A stretch of DNA of 64,000 nt, taken from positions 2,978,001 through 3,042,000 of the forward strand of contig NC_045697.1 in NCBI RefSeq assembly GCF_009834535.1, in the 5' to 3' direction. A program made the position numbers and the translations under genes. Shown here one piece after another: positions 13,070 to 25,615 of this stretch (position 1 is the first letter of the stretch; each line of letters starts with the position of its first letter). Under the pieces are notes generated by a model that worked only from the letters and a program-made list of their open reading frames with translations, did no database searches and was not told where the DNA came from. This DNA comes from Camelus ferus (Eukaryota).

Positions 13070-13461
13070 TGTTCTGGGCTGAATTGTGTCCCCAAAGAGC
13101 AATGTTGAAGTCTTGCCTCTGGTCCCTGGGAGTATGACCTTATGTGGAAATCGGGTTATTGCAGATGTAACAGTTAGGATGAGGTCGTAACTGTTAGGAG
13201 AAGGAAAGAGACACGGAGCAGAGGCCACGCGATGGCGGGGCGGAGACTGAGGGGCTGCAGCTCCAGGCCAGGATGGCAGGCAACCACCGGGAGCCGGGAG
13301 AGGCCAGGAAGGAGTCTCCCCACAGGTTCTGGAGGGAGCACAGCCCTGCCGACACCTTGACCCAGGACGCCGGGCCTCCGGCGCTGGGAGAGAACAGATT
13401 TCTGTGACTTAAGCCACTCAGTTTGTGGTCATTTGTTCCGGCAGCCATGGGAAACTCAGAC
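13070..13461 (+). mobile_element. MaLR solo LTR (MLT1B/C-like)
   Basis: gggctgaattgtgtcccc..tgaccttatgtggaaatcggg..gcagatgtaa..gagcacagccctgccgacaccttga..taagccactcagtttgtggtcatttgtt..gcagcc..ggaaact. Confidence 0.85.
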
Positions 13462-13524
13462 GGTTAGGAATGATGCCACTGACCAAGTGCCCATCACGTG
13501 CCAGGCGAGGTGCCCCATGTGTCA

Positions 13525-13665
13525 TCTCACTTAGTCTCTCTGCAGCCCAGGAGGCAGGTGCACTCTTTACACAGACAAGGAAACTGAGACCCAGAGAGGT
13601 AAAGCCACTGGGCCAAGGTTGCACAGCTGCTGAGAGATGGAGCCAGCTGCAAACACTTGTCTACG
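13525..13665 (+). mobile_element. MIR SINE fragment
   Basis: ttacacagacaaggaaactgagacccagagaggtaaagccact..ccaaggttgcacagct. Confidence 0.7.
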
Positions 13666-14622
13666 AGTTGCAGACCGGCTAGCTGGGCAAGGGTATAGGT
13701 GTGTGATGTACGGCATGGCTGGAGGATGGGGAGAGGTGGGTGAGAGAGGATGGTGACAAGTGAGGCACTCTCTTCTCCAACTGTGCACGCAGATCCCTCT
13801 GGGGGCTGAGTGCTCAGGAGAGGCCAGGCCAGGTCTTAGGAGTCTTTGTCCAGGGACTGGACGGTGTCTCAGACACCTTCAGACCTGATTTTGGATGCCC
13901 CTGAGAAAGTGCTGGTGTCCTCCTTGCCTTAAACTCACCTGGAAAATCAATGCCATCTGTCGTAACTTTCCAGGCCCTTGATCTCACTTGTTTCTCATCT
14001 TTTTAAGCAGCATTCGGAAATGAAGATGCAAGCGAGCATCACTGGAGATGGCACCAGGACGGGTGGGAGCGGCAGGGGGCTGCCAGGGGGAAGGATTGTT
14101 CTGGAACGTGGAGCAGGGGGTGTGCAGGAGGAGGGGGGAGTCAGGAGCCGGGGAAGCAAGTGGAGCGACGGAAGCTGGGACCTCACTTCCCTTTTCCCTT
14201 TTAGTCTGGGCCCCTTCCCAGGTCACCTGATGAGCCCGCCTGCTTGGGGGATGCAGGCCACTGTGGGGGCCACAGGTGGAGGACCACATCCTCGAGTTTG
14301 GGGGTCCTTCCCAGCACACGTCAGACCTGCCCACCCTCAGTGCATTTCTCTTTCTTAATCCTCATTGCTTTCGCTGGGGTCCTCCCGCCCACCGCCCCAG
14401 GCAAGGGTACAGGTGTGGCAGTTAGGATGGAATGTTCTGCGCTGCAGGTGGCGACCCACATGTGGGGGTGAAATCAGTTTAGTGGGTCACAGCAGCCTTT
14501 GTTATGTAAGAAGTTGAATCGAATAGAAAAATAGCAGAGCACACTGAGAGTAATAAGGCTAAGCGTTGTTTGGTGAAAAAAAATGTGTTATGCATTCACA
14601 TATCATATAAACCGTTTCTGCG

Positions 14623-15070
14623 TGTGGTAGGCTGAAAAACGGGCCGTCCAAAATAGGTCGTGTCCTCATCCTGGGACCTGTGAGTGTTGCTTTATTTGAA
14701 AGAAGGGGTTTTGCACATGGGATTAACGTGAGGATGTTGAGATGGGGAGATTATCCTGGATTATCCAGGTGAGCCCTTGATGCCAACATGATGCTTCTGA
14801 GCAGAGAGAGGCAGAGGTTACAGAGCAACACACAGACGAGAAGGCGGGGGGCCATGGGGGCAGAGATGGGGTGATGCAGCCACGAGCCAAGGGTGCAGGA
14901 GCTGGAAGAGGCAGGAAGGAGCCTCCCTGGAGCCCAGAGGGAGCCCCTCCCCACAGACACCTGGACTCCAGCCCAGTGATACTGATACTGGACTTCCGGC
15001 CTCCAGGACTGTGCTTCTAAGCCCCTCAGCTGTGGTAGTTTGTTGTTGCAGCCGTGGGAAACGAATACGC
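14623..15070 (+). mobile_element. MaLR solo LTR (MLT1C/D-like)
   Basis: tgtggtaggctgaa..gatggggagattatcctggattatccaggtgagccc..gagctggaagaggcagg..gtggtagtttgtt..gcagcc..ggaaacgaatac. Confidence 0.85.
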
Positions 15071-17812
15071 TTTGGAACAAACAACCCCAAAGCTCAGAAG
15101 CATAAGTCAGCCATGGGTCATCCTGGTTCGGGGCCTGCGGGCTGGCCGGGGTGCAGCTGGCCGGGCTGGGCTCCGTTGGTGGCTCTGCCCACCTCGTCAT
15201 CCTCCTGGGATGACCAGGCAGACCTGCGATGCCCTCCTTGCAGGAAAACAAGCCCAGTAGGGCAGGTGGAGACGGTGAGGCCCCGACTCAGAACCGGCAC
15301 CTTGTCACTCTCGCCCACGTGCCATTGGCCAAAGCAGCCACCTGAGCAAACACAGATTACGGGATGGGAAGAGCCCTCCCCCCAGAGGAGACCCTGATAA
15401 GGGTGAGGATGTAGGGAGATCCCAAACTCAGTCCGCCCTACAGGTGTGCGTGTGTGCATGTGGGGTCACTGTCTGGTGTACACCCCTCTCTGTGCGCTGG
15501 AACAGTTTGGAAGCTACTGACCAGTGGCAGAGAACCTGGTTCCAAGGGCGTGTCCCCAGTGCCCTTGACGCAAGGGTTCACGGGTTTTCTGGGCCCAGCT
15601 CTGCCTCTCTGCTACTCTTCCCAGGAACCAGTCCAGAGGGTTCCAAGGGGGGCTGGAATGTCTCGCCTCTCCCCCTCACCCCACATCCTCAGAGGGAAAG
15701 AGGGGCTCCTCCTTGCAGGGTCCAGGGAGGGAAGAGGATTGCTCCCCGACAGCCCTAACCAGTCGAGGTCCCAGGATGGGACACGCAAATCGTGAACTGG
15801 CTTACACTCATCAGCTTCCTGGTCGTCTGACTTCAGACCACATGGGTGACCTTGGAGAGGCCACGGGGCAGAAATCTCCCATGAGGCTGGAGGACATGGC
15901 CTTTCCTCCCCTTGGGTGTGACCCTCCTGCCCCTCCATCCAGAACCAACGGGGAAGAGATAGGGCTCTGGCACCCCCTCCACCCCTGAGCCCTGGAGAGC
16001 GCCTGAGGCCATGGTCCAGGAGGCCGTGGGTCCCCGGACCCTGGACCTCTGTGGATAGAGGACTTCTTTATCTTCAGTGTCCCCGTGAGCCAGGGGCCTG
16101 GCAGTCACTGCAGATGGGGGAGCATAGTGCAGTGAGGGCTGGGCTCTGGGGGAGCCTGGTGGGCATGAGGGGCCAGGCCCTGTACTGATTTCTGCCTGAG
16201 GGTCCCAGGGGCCAAGAAACCCCCACCCTAATGTGCCCCTCTCTCCCAGGAGGCTTTTCTTGCAGTGTTGAGGCAGATGGTCCCAGACACAGGTATCCTG
16301 ACCTCCAGCTTAGATGGACAGGAGGCATTAGGCCCTTGGGGTACCCTGATGGGGAGGGTGCCAGCCTGGGGAAGTGTGGCCCAAAGGCAGGGGGCTGGCC
16401 TCAGCTGGGTGCTCTCCCCGGAAGTCGGGAAGGGCTCAGGGGACGGGCAGGAGGGTCCTTCCGAGGGGCCCTGTGAGGTGTCCAGTGCCATGTCGTGTCC
16501 AGGATGGGAGCAAAGCTCGCCCAGTGGATGGGCGGGACCCACAGCTCCTCCTGCTATGGATCTCTTTCAAACGCCTGCAAACCTCAGCCTCCTTCACTCT
16601 CAGGGAAAAGCCCACGCTTTTTGATAGAGTGTCAGTTGCCCTGGCCCCTGCCCACCTCCCCAGCCCCTCGAATGCCCCAGCCTCGTGTAGCCAAGGGCAT
16701 CTGTCCTCCCAGGAACATGCACCCTCGAACCTCGCGCAGGCTGTTCCCTCTGCCTGGCACGCCCTTCCTGGTGCTGATCAAGCAGCCACTCCTTGGCCTC
16801 CGCGTCTCCCCGGGCTCTCTCCTCCAAGGCACCCCCTCAAGCCCCTGGAAGCCCCCACCACCTGCTGTGTTACCCTTGGCGGGCATGGGTTACATTTGTC
16901 CCTTGTCCCTGGTCCACCTGTCAGACTCAAAGCCTGCAACCCCCTCTTGTTCACCAGAGCTGGCCCACCCCTACCTGTCTCTCGGCCTCAGTTTCCTCGT
17001 CAGGAAAGTCAGGATCTGCCAGTTTCTGCCTCTGGTGTGGTGCAACGCCTGAGGCCTGCTGAGAGCTCAGTGGGGGGGGGGGGAGGCTGCTGTCATTGTC
17101 ACTGTCACCATTGTTGTTTCTGCCCTGTTGTTCCTTCTGCTGCAGAATAAATGAGTGGAGAAACTCTTCTCATTTATAAGCAAGAGGGGATATAATTCTC
17201 TGCCTTGAGTGCGTAATCTGTCCCCACCTGTGGGACCCGTGGGCCCGGCAGGAATGCTGGGGGCAGCCCTGGGGGCTTGCTGCAAGCAGTTGCCATCCCC
17301 TTTCAGCAGTGTGATTAGCGAAAGTCAGATTAGTCTGGAAAGTCCCCACCAGGCTGCCAGCACCTGCTCCCGACTCCTCAGAGCTGAAGGAGTGAGGTGG
17401 TCTCTGCGGGGCGCTGTTGGAGCTGCCTCGGGCCCAGCAGCGGGAAATGAGACTGGTGCGTGAGGGTAGCCCCAGAGCCTCTCCTCTGCGGGATCCTGGC
17501 CCCAGTTCACCAGGCTGGCTTTGCACACATCATGCGCACAATTAACCAGGATAATGCCCGCGGGTTCTCAGCAGCCCCTTGCTGGGCGCAAGGTGGTGCT
17601 CACTGCTTACTTGGCTGACGGGTCACGTGGCGCTTCTGCCCCTGGAGAGCTTGAGGTTGAATGTAGCAGAGATACCAGGGAGAACAGGGGACACCTAAGG
17701 GACCCGCAGTCAGACGCACCGGGGCAGGACCCCGACACTGCCTTTCATGCCCTTGGGCCTCCCGTAGGTCACCAGAGTGTCCCAAGCCTCAGCTTCCCCT
17801 CTGACACACGGG

Positions 17813-18228
17813 ACTGCGGTGGGTTAAGTAGGTCACCCCCACATTCATGTCCACCCAGGACGTTAGCGTGACCTTATTTGGAATAGGTCTCTGCAGATGT
17901 AACTAAGATAGGGGTGGAGGTGAGGTCATCCTGGATCAGGGTGGGCCCTGAGTCCAGTGATGGATGTCCTTATAAGAGAGGAGGACACACAGAGACATAG
18001 AGAGAAGACAGCGACTGCAGTGATGGAGACACAAGCCCGGGGCCCCCTGAGCCCCAGAAGCAGGCAGACGCAGGGAAGGGTCCTTCCCAGAGCCTTGGAT
18101 AGGGCGTGGTCCTGCCTGCGCCCTGATTTCAGGTTTCCCGGCTTCTGGCCTCCAGACTGGGAGCAATAAATGTCTGCTGTTGAAGCTCCTGGCTTGTGGG
18201 GCTTTGTCAGGCAGCCCCAGGACACAGG
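17813..18228 (+). mobile_element. MaLR solo LTR (MLT1A/B-like)
   Basis: gtgaccttatttggaatagg..gcagatgtaa..tgaggtcatcctggatcagggtgggccct..gtccttataagagagg..ctggcctccagactg..aataaat. Confidence 0.85.
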
Positions 18229-18974
18229 CACGGGCTGTAACCCCCCACAGGAGGTCCCAGGGGGCTTGTGATGGCGCCAGGCCCGCGGGCATTGGACCGT
18301 CCTGGCCCTGCCGGGCCCCTCCCCCACTGCCTTTCAAAGTCCCTTCCCGGGACGCCTGGGAACAGGTGCCTCTCTGGAGCGGGGTGGGAGTCTATTTCAG
18401 TGTGCCGGGAAGGGGTGGGCCTGTCCCTCCTCGGGCATGAGGGTGGCAGCAGCCACGTGACACCCTGGCGTGTCCACCCAGAGACGTGCTGGCTGCAGAG
18501 GCTCTCACCCCCACCCAGCTGCCCCCTGCAGCCTCCACGGTGCCGGCCCTTCACGCGGAGGCCACACTCCATGAGAATGCCTGGAGGAGAGACAGGTAGG
18601 CTCACACCGCCCTGTCCACTGAGACCGTCGGCCGGGGAGGAAGGCTTGTTTTCTCACTGGAGTCTCGATTCCCACAAATTACCTCGGGGTCCGACAGGGC
18701 GGGTGGCAGCCTGTGCCCCACCGTGGGTGAAGGTGGTGGGGCCGGTGTGCCCAGCTGTATGCCTGGCGTCGGGGACTCTCTTATGGACTCTTGATGCCAG
18801 CCATAGAGTGACCCATTTCACAGATGACTAAGCTGAGACTTGGGGAAGGGGAGGGTCTGTGTCACACTGTAGTAGGTATTGCTGTCCGACCCCAAGGTCT
18901 GGGTCGAGGCACCAGGCCCTCGGCCACTGCACCTGCCCCTCCCTCCCTGCTTCCCACCTTTTCTTCCTCTGAGG

Positions 18975-19175
18975 CAGCTTCTTGGTTCTCAACCGAGGGC
19001 GATTTTGCTCCCTGGGAGACACCTCTGATTGTCTGAGCTCGGTGTGGGTGGCGCTGCCGTGGGCACCTGGGGCGTCGAGGCCAGGGATGCTTCCCCGCCC
19101 CTCGCAGTGCACAGCGCGGCCCCACACAAGAGTCGTCTAGCCCAGGGTGTCAGTTGAGCCGAGGCTTAGAATCCA
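18975..19175 (+). mobile_element. MER20 (hAT-Charlie) non-autonomous DNA transposon
   Basis: tggttctcaaccgagggcgattttgctccc..gaggccagggatgct..cagtgcacag..ccccacaca..gccgagg. Confidence 0.75.
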
Positions 19176-20394
19176 GTCTTAAGAAAGATCGTAAAGGGTC
19201 CTTCCGGTGTTGATGGAAGAACAGGGCCCTTCAAGCCACTGAGACAGAAACAACACCGAGCTTACAATTCACTCCAACCCCACGTGTTGACACGCTGCGC
19301 TGAGGATGGTGGGGGAGAAAGCTCTGGGGCAGGGGTCGGGGAGGGGAGGAAACACAGAGGGCAGGGGAGTGTGGTGGAGGAAGGGAGGGGGCAAAGCCGG
19401 GGGCCTGGACCCCCAGGAGCAGAGAGGTGGGGATCACAGGGGAAAGCCTCCATGAGCCTGAGGTGTGCAGGGGCTCCGGCAAGGGTCCAGCCTCCTGCAG
19501 GCTCCTGCCTCCATCCTGCGATGCTCCCACCCTGTCCTCAGGCCTCTGTCCCAGCACGAGGCTCGGTGCCCAGGGGCCCCTCCCCTCTGGGCAGCCAGGA
19601 CAGAGCTTTCCCCTCACTGGTGTCCTCCTTTCTGGCCACGGCGTCTGTCCAGAGGCAGGATCCGGGACCCCTTGTCCATACGGCCCTGTCAGCACCCTGC
19701 ACTCTGGGAGGCTCAAGGATTTTTTACTGAAGGTGGCAGCTCTGGGGTGTGACAGCTGCAATGGCCTTGAAGCCGGATCAGTGAAGCTTCCAGCCCTGAC
19801 TGTGGCCTGACCTCCCTATGGGCCTGGTCAGGGCCCTTCACCGCTTGGGGGGCGGGGGGCATCCAGGACCCCTCTGTAAAATTGGGTTGATTACGGTTCC
19901 TCCCTCCCAGGGTGTTATGAACTGGCAGAGCAAACCTTCCGTCCTTGTTTCCCCCAAAGCGGGTAGTTGTGGATGCCCCCGGGCTGGCAGCCCTGCATGG
20001 AGTTCCCACTCTGGGCCTTAGAGCCCCAGTTGGCTTGGGGTCAGGCAACATCCCCCGACCTGGTCAGCGTACTGGATTGTTCTGAAAATACCGTTGGATT
20101 CCGAGAGCTGAGACACGTGACGATGTCCGTTTCTCAAATGGAATTTCCATGCCGGCGGTTGGGCGGGTCCCCCTGCTCTGCTGAGAACACGGTGTCCTTC
20201 ATGCCCTGCTGCGCCCTCACGGACAGCGGGTGGGAGCGCTGCGGGGAAGAGCCAAACAATGGTGACGCTGAGATGTGCACAAACCTGGTGAAGCAAGCAC
20301 TGTGGCTCCCGATTCCCAGATGAAGAAACGGCAGCTTGTGATTAGAAAACAAAAGCGCAGTAAGGGAAATGTGATCCTATTTATGTAAAATTAT

Positions 20395-21500
20395 GGTAAG
20401 AGCTAAAACTAAAAAACACCTATAAAACTCTTAGAAGAAAATATAGGGCTAAGTCTCTGTTATCCTGGATCAGGCCGTGGTTTCTTAGAAATGACACTAA
20501 GTGCACAAGCAACGAAAGGAAACGTAGGTAAACTGGATCTCATCAAAGTCCAGCCCTCCGGCGCTGCAGGGAGCGTTGCGAAGAAAATGGAGACACAGCC
20601 CACAGGAGGGCAGACCATACTTGCCAGTCCTGTACTGAAGGAGGGACTCGTGTCCAGAATATATAAACGACTCTCATGACTCAACCAGAAGTAGACAGTC
20701 ACATTCAACGGACGGAGGATCTGAATAGACATCTTTCCAAAGAAGATGTGGAAATAGTGAGCAAGCATGTGGAAAGACGCTCAGCATCACCTGCCGTCAG
20801 GAAATGCAAATCCAAACTGCAGGGAGACACACTCCACACCCACCAGGCTGACTGTGACCAAAAAGCCCGGCCCTGACTAGTATTGTCAAGGATGCAGAGA
20901 CATTGCAGCTGGCGGGAAGGTGAATGGTGCCGTCGCTTAGGGAAACAGTCCGGCAGCTCCCCAAATGGTTGAGTCCAGAGTTGCCGTGGGACCCAGCCAG
21001 ATATGGAAACATACGTTGACACAAAATAGATTGTGCCTGAATGGGCACAGTGGCTTATTCGTAACAGCCCTGAAGTGGAAACAACCCCAGAGTCTTTCAA
21101 CTGATGGGTGTGTCTGCGTAGTGTGTTCACATGGTGGCATATCACTGGGACACAGAAAGGAAGGGAGCGCTGACACACGCTGCAGCATGGATGAAGCTTG
21201 GACGCGTGATGCTGAGTGAGAGAAGCCAGACGGGAAAGACCACATGTGGTCCCTTTTTATTTACACGAAATCTCCAGAATAGGCACCTCTAGAGAGACAG
21301 GAAGCAGATTACTGGTCGCCGGAGTCTGAGGGAGGAGGACTGGTAGGGAACTTCTTTTGGGGGTGATGAAAATGTTCTAAAATGGATTGTGATGACCAGC
21401 ACAACTCTACAAACATGCTGGAAACCACTGACTTGTACAGTTGAAATAGGTGAAGCGTACAGTATGTGAACTGTATCTCAATGAAGCTGTGTCTTTCTTA
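20395..21500 (+). mobile_element. L1 ORF2 3' end and 3' UTR (L1MB-like)
   Basis: aaaactcttagaagaaaatatagg..tgaatagacatctttccaaagaagat..ggaaatgcaaatc..ttttgggggtgatgaaaatgttctaaaat. ORF2-like remnants DLNRHLSKED and WKQPQSLS. Confidence 0.88.
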
Positions 21501-22201
21501 AGGACACGCTGAGCCCCTCCGCGGAGCCGGGAGGGTTCCCTGGAGCAGGGAGGGCTCTGCAGAGTGCTTGGGGTTTCAGTTTTGGAGCGAGCCCGTGAGG
21601 ACAGTCGAGGGCTCTGCCCCACGAAAGAGTACGTCTCACTATAGTATAAATTCCACCATAGGTGTGTCTATGAATATGTATGTTTGTTTGCTTGTTGGTG
21701 GCATAGAAATGCCCGGTGGAATGGCCACTGAGGTGCCAGGCGGTTATCTCACAGATTAGCAGGGGATTTTCATTTTCTTCAAGGTTCGGGTATTTGTGGG
21801 TTTCTTACAATGAAGAGCATTACTTATAGACACCAAAGGAACCCCTGTCTCAGGAGGCGGGTGGTGGCTCTGGGCTGGGCCCCCGTGCAGCACCGTCTGC
21901 CACTGAAGGTCTGCGGCCACACTTCGGCCTGTCCACTGGAGCTGGGACTTGTCCCCGCAGACAGGCTGTGTGACCAGGCATCCGCGAACCCCGGCCTGCC
22001 TGAGTATAGAGGCCAACTGCGACCTTTGGATGTTGGCCTGTGTGCTGGGCCCTGTGGGTACAAACCCAACACTCCCTAAGGCCGAGGTTAACCCGAGGGG
22101 CCGGTGTTGACTGATGCGGTGAAACCCCCCACCCCGTGTGCGTCCCTTCTGCCCATCCCGCTTTCCCTGGGCTCCAGGCAACAATCTGGACGCCCAGTTC
22201 T

Positions 22202-22292
22202 TTCCATTTTGCTTTTAATAGAGGTGCTGGGGACTGAATCCAGGACCTCATGCACGCTAAGCACGTGCTGTACCGCTGAGCTATGTGCCCCC
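22202..22292 (-). mobile_element. tRNA-derived camelid-type SINE (Vic-1-like), short form
   Basis: Reverse complement reads catagctcagcggtacagcacgtgcttagcgtgcatgaggtcctggattcagtccccagcacctc followed by an A-rich tail (A and B boxes present). Flanked by a degenerate TSD at 22182-22201 and 22293-22312 (16/20 identical). Confidence 0.85.
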
Positions 22293-22439
22293 CAATCCGG
22301 GTGCCTAGTTCTAATTAGACACTCAGGACATGCACCCGCTACCGCTGCCTTCCTGGGACCAGCAGGTTAGGAAGAGGGCATGCACAGGGACAGAAAGTTA
22401 AAGGGGGAAAACGGTCGGAAGAAACAGGAAACCAGTCCT

Positions 22440-22560
22440 GTCACACGGAGACCCAGCTTGAGTCCCCACCTGGCCAGTTCTAGGCTGTGTGATCTTGACA
22501 AGTTACTGAGCATCTCTGAACCTCAGTTTCCCCACCTGCAGCGTGAGGTGATCATGCCTC
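22440..22560 (-). mobile_element. MIR SINE fragment
   Basis: ggctgtgtgatcttgacaagttactgagcatctctgaacctcagtttccccacctg. Confidence 0.75.
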
Positions 22561-24233
22561 TCTGGCTGGTTGGTGTGTGGGGTGTGCAGCCAGGCAGGAA
22601 GGAGAAGCGTGGGTGTTTCTGGCTGGACTCTGGGGACGGATGTCTGCCCAGGGCCTTCCCCTGAAGCCACGGGGTGGCCACTGCACCTGCTACCCTCCTC
22701 CGACCCCGACCATCCCACCTGGGAAGGGGCAGCGGCTGGAGAGGCAGAGGCAGGGATCACCCAGCACAGGCAGGGACTCCCCACTCCCCCACTGCCTCGG
22801 CAGACTCACCCCAGGTCCAGGCAGCACCCACCTCCCAGCCCGGTGGGCAGAGGTGTCTGACACGGTCGAGGATTTGATGGCAAGGATTCTCAGACCCAAA
22901 CTGAGGTCCCCAGTGCAGATCACTAAACAGGCTCTTAACGTCTGCATATTGTGGGGGAAACGTGACAGTTGCAGGGCTTGGCCTCCCTGCCAACCACATG
23001 CTCATCTGTGGACAGAGGAGCCGTGGCATTGAACCTCGAGGAGGAGGGGGGAGGAATTTTCAATTGAATTTTGGAGCAGAACCAGCATTTCGCCGTGGGA
23101 GTTGCAGGCTGGGGCACAGGTAACCTCTTTGTGGCTTGGGGGACCGGGATCTCTGGGCATCATGCGAGCATCTGGGGCTGGGAGTGTGGGGGCCATGGGG
23201 CCAGGCATGGGGGAGGGTCAGGCAGGGCTGGAGACCCCAGGTGAGGGCTGCCGGCTGACAGGGAAGATGGAGAGCCTGAATTCCAGACTCAGGCAGCGGA
23301 GGGCTCTTCCAGCCGCGTTGGGAGCTGTGCTGGGTCTCCAGGGCAGATGAAATGGGTGCTTTTGCCAAGCAGGGTAAGCCTGCAGTCCTGGGGCTGCTGG
23401 GAGTCAGAAAAAACAGCTGCAGATGGGAAGGAGGTTTGCGGAGCAGGGTCACCCTCGGGAAGATGCCACACACCAAGTCAGGTCCAAGGCGGACCTGCCT
23501 CCCCAGAGCTGGTTCCCTCCCTTCCTCTCCTGTCCCCTCTTCCCCCAACCCAGTGGGCAGAGTAAGGGCCGGAGAGACCAGGCTCCCATCCTGGCCTGGG
23601 AAGTTGCCTCAAAGCTTGGAACCTGTGCTTGCCCATCGGGAAATGGTCAAGAGAGGGCAGTTCAAAATGGTGCGGGAAGCACAGGATAATGGACTAAAAG
23701 TGACTTCCACAGCAGGATGGAGACAGTGGATGGAATCCTCCTGGGACACGGGATGGGGGGAGAGGTCGAGGGGGCGTGTGGTGACCTCTCAGACGCCCAT
23801 GCCATCCTTGCTGGACTCAAAGCCAAGGGCTCTTCTAGGGCGTTGGGACTTGTTGACAGCGCACCAAAGGGCAGCTGGGCCCCCCAGATAGGCGGGTGGG
23901 ATCCCAGGTCAAGGCTGCAGCCACATCTTCAGAGGCCTGGGTGGGAAGTGGGGCAGCTGGTGATTCTGAGCTGGCCTGTGTACACAGAGGGGCATACTGG
24001 CAGGTACCCCAGTTGGCTGGCACCGAGTGTCCCATGGCAGATGGCCTGGAGAAAGAGGGTCCTTGGCAGGATTAGCTCAGTCCTCACAGACCCTCTGGGT
24101 GGGAGTTGTCAGCTGGGGCTTAGGACCCGCCGTGCTGGGTGCCCATTTCCAGCTCTGTGACCAGGGTCACTGGTGGAAATCGCCCAGTGAGTGCCTGGCC
24201 CTTGGTTGGTGCACAGGAGCTGAAAGGTGACGT

Positions 24234-24540
24234 TGTCACCCAGACTGACCATCCCGCAGGGCACTGGGCACTGTCACCAAGACTGACCACCCCGCAGGGC
24301 ACCGGGCACTGTCACCCAGACTGACCACCCCGAAGGGCACTGGGCATTGTCACCCAGACTGACCACCCCGAAGGGCACCGGGCACTGTCACTCAGAATGA
24401 CCACCCCACAGGGCACCGGGCACTGTCACTCAGACTGACCACCCCACAGGGCACCGGGCACTGTCACTCAGAATGACCACCCCGCAGGGCACCGGGCACT
24501 GTCACTCAGACTGACCACCTCACAGGGCACCAGGCACTGT
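24234..24540. repeat. 38-bp minisatellite, 8 full copies
   Basis: Unit TGTCAC(C/T)CAGACTGACCACCCC(G/A)CAGGGCAC(C/T)GGGCAC starts at 24234, 24272, 24310, 24348, 24386, 24424, 24462 and 24500. Confidence 0.97.
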
Positions 24541-25282
24541 GAGTCACCGGATGCATCTTGTTTCCCGTTAGATTTAAGGAACATTTATCGGGCCTCTGTT
24601 GTGTGCCCAATAAACTCACCACCATTTTGGAGAGGTGACCTGACTTGTTCAAGATCGCACCATCGGTAGCCCAGGGGTACGATGGGTAAGACGCTGAAGA
24701 CCCAGATGAGGTCACTGGTTGGTCCAGTGGTGGCCGCTCTGGCCCACGGCAAGGTGACATGAGCCCCAGGCCCTGGTCCCGGCCTGGCCCCAGCCAGCCG
24801 GCCAGTTGTGTTTTCCCTGTGCAGGGGGAGGGGACGGGCTCCCATGCCCACTAAGCCCTGGCCTTCCGGAATGCCACCCATGAGAACTTCGACACGTCTC
24901 TGGTCAGGAAGGACTGCTCTTCCGGTGATGAAGTAACACCCCCTGGGGGCGCGGGCGGCGAGGGTGCCCGGGCCAGCTGCTGGGGGCTTGGAGAGGCCTA
25001 GGCGCTGCCAGAGGCTGCAGCTGAAGGCAGCTGGGCGCCCCTGTGGCCAGCCTGAGCTTCCGGGGGTCTGCTCACTGCCACGTTCCTCCCAGCTTCTGCC
25101 TCTGGAAGGAACTGCGCCCCCCAGCACACACCACCCCCGCCGGGACCCCATCACGTGCCAGCTCACAAAGCCCCGCCCTGGGCAGCGCCACTGTCGCTCT
25201 GCAGATGGAAAACAGGCTTCGAGTGGGGAGCGGGCAGTCCTGGGCCTCCGGCTCTTTCTTCCACAGGGACTGCGGACTGGTT

Positions 25283-25615
25283 TCCTGGGGCTGCTGTGAA
25301 AAGTAGTGCGGGCATTTCTCTCGCAGTTTTGGAGGCCAGAAGTCTGAAACCGAGGCGTCACCAGTGTGGGCTCCTGCTGAGGGCAGGCGAGGGGCGGCTC
25401 TCTCCCTGACTTGCGGACGGCCGCCCTGTCCCTGTGTCTCCGCATCTCTCCCCTCCGCACGCCTCTGAGCCCTCATCCGCCCTGTTACAAGGACACGGTC
25501 GTGATGGGCCACCTTAACTTGATTCCTTCTCTCCAAATCAGGTCAGCATTCTGGGATGCTGGGGGGTTAGGATTCCAGCATATGAGTTTGGGGGGACCCA
25601 ATTCAACCCATCATA
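25283..25615 (-). mobile_element. MaLR LTR (MLT1A/B-like)
   Basis: tctcgcagttttggaggccagaagtctgaaa..acaaggacac..gggggttaggattccagcatatgagtttggggggacccaattcaacccat. Confidence 0.8.

Noticed and set aside
24234..24540. Regularly spaced repeats resembling a CRISPR array
   Set aside because: Head-to-tail 38-bp units with no unique spacers, no cas genes and a mammalian context. It is a minisatellite.
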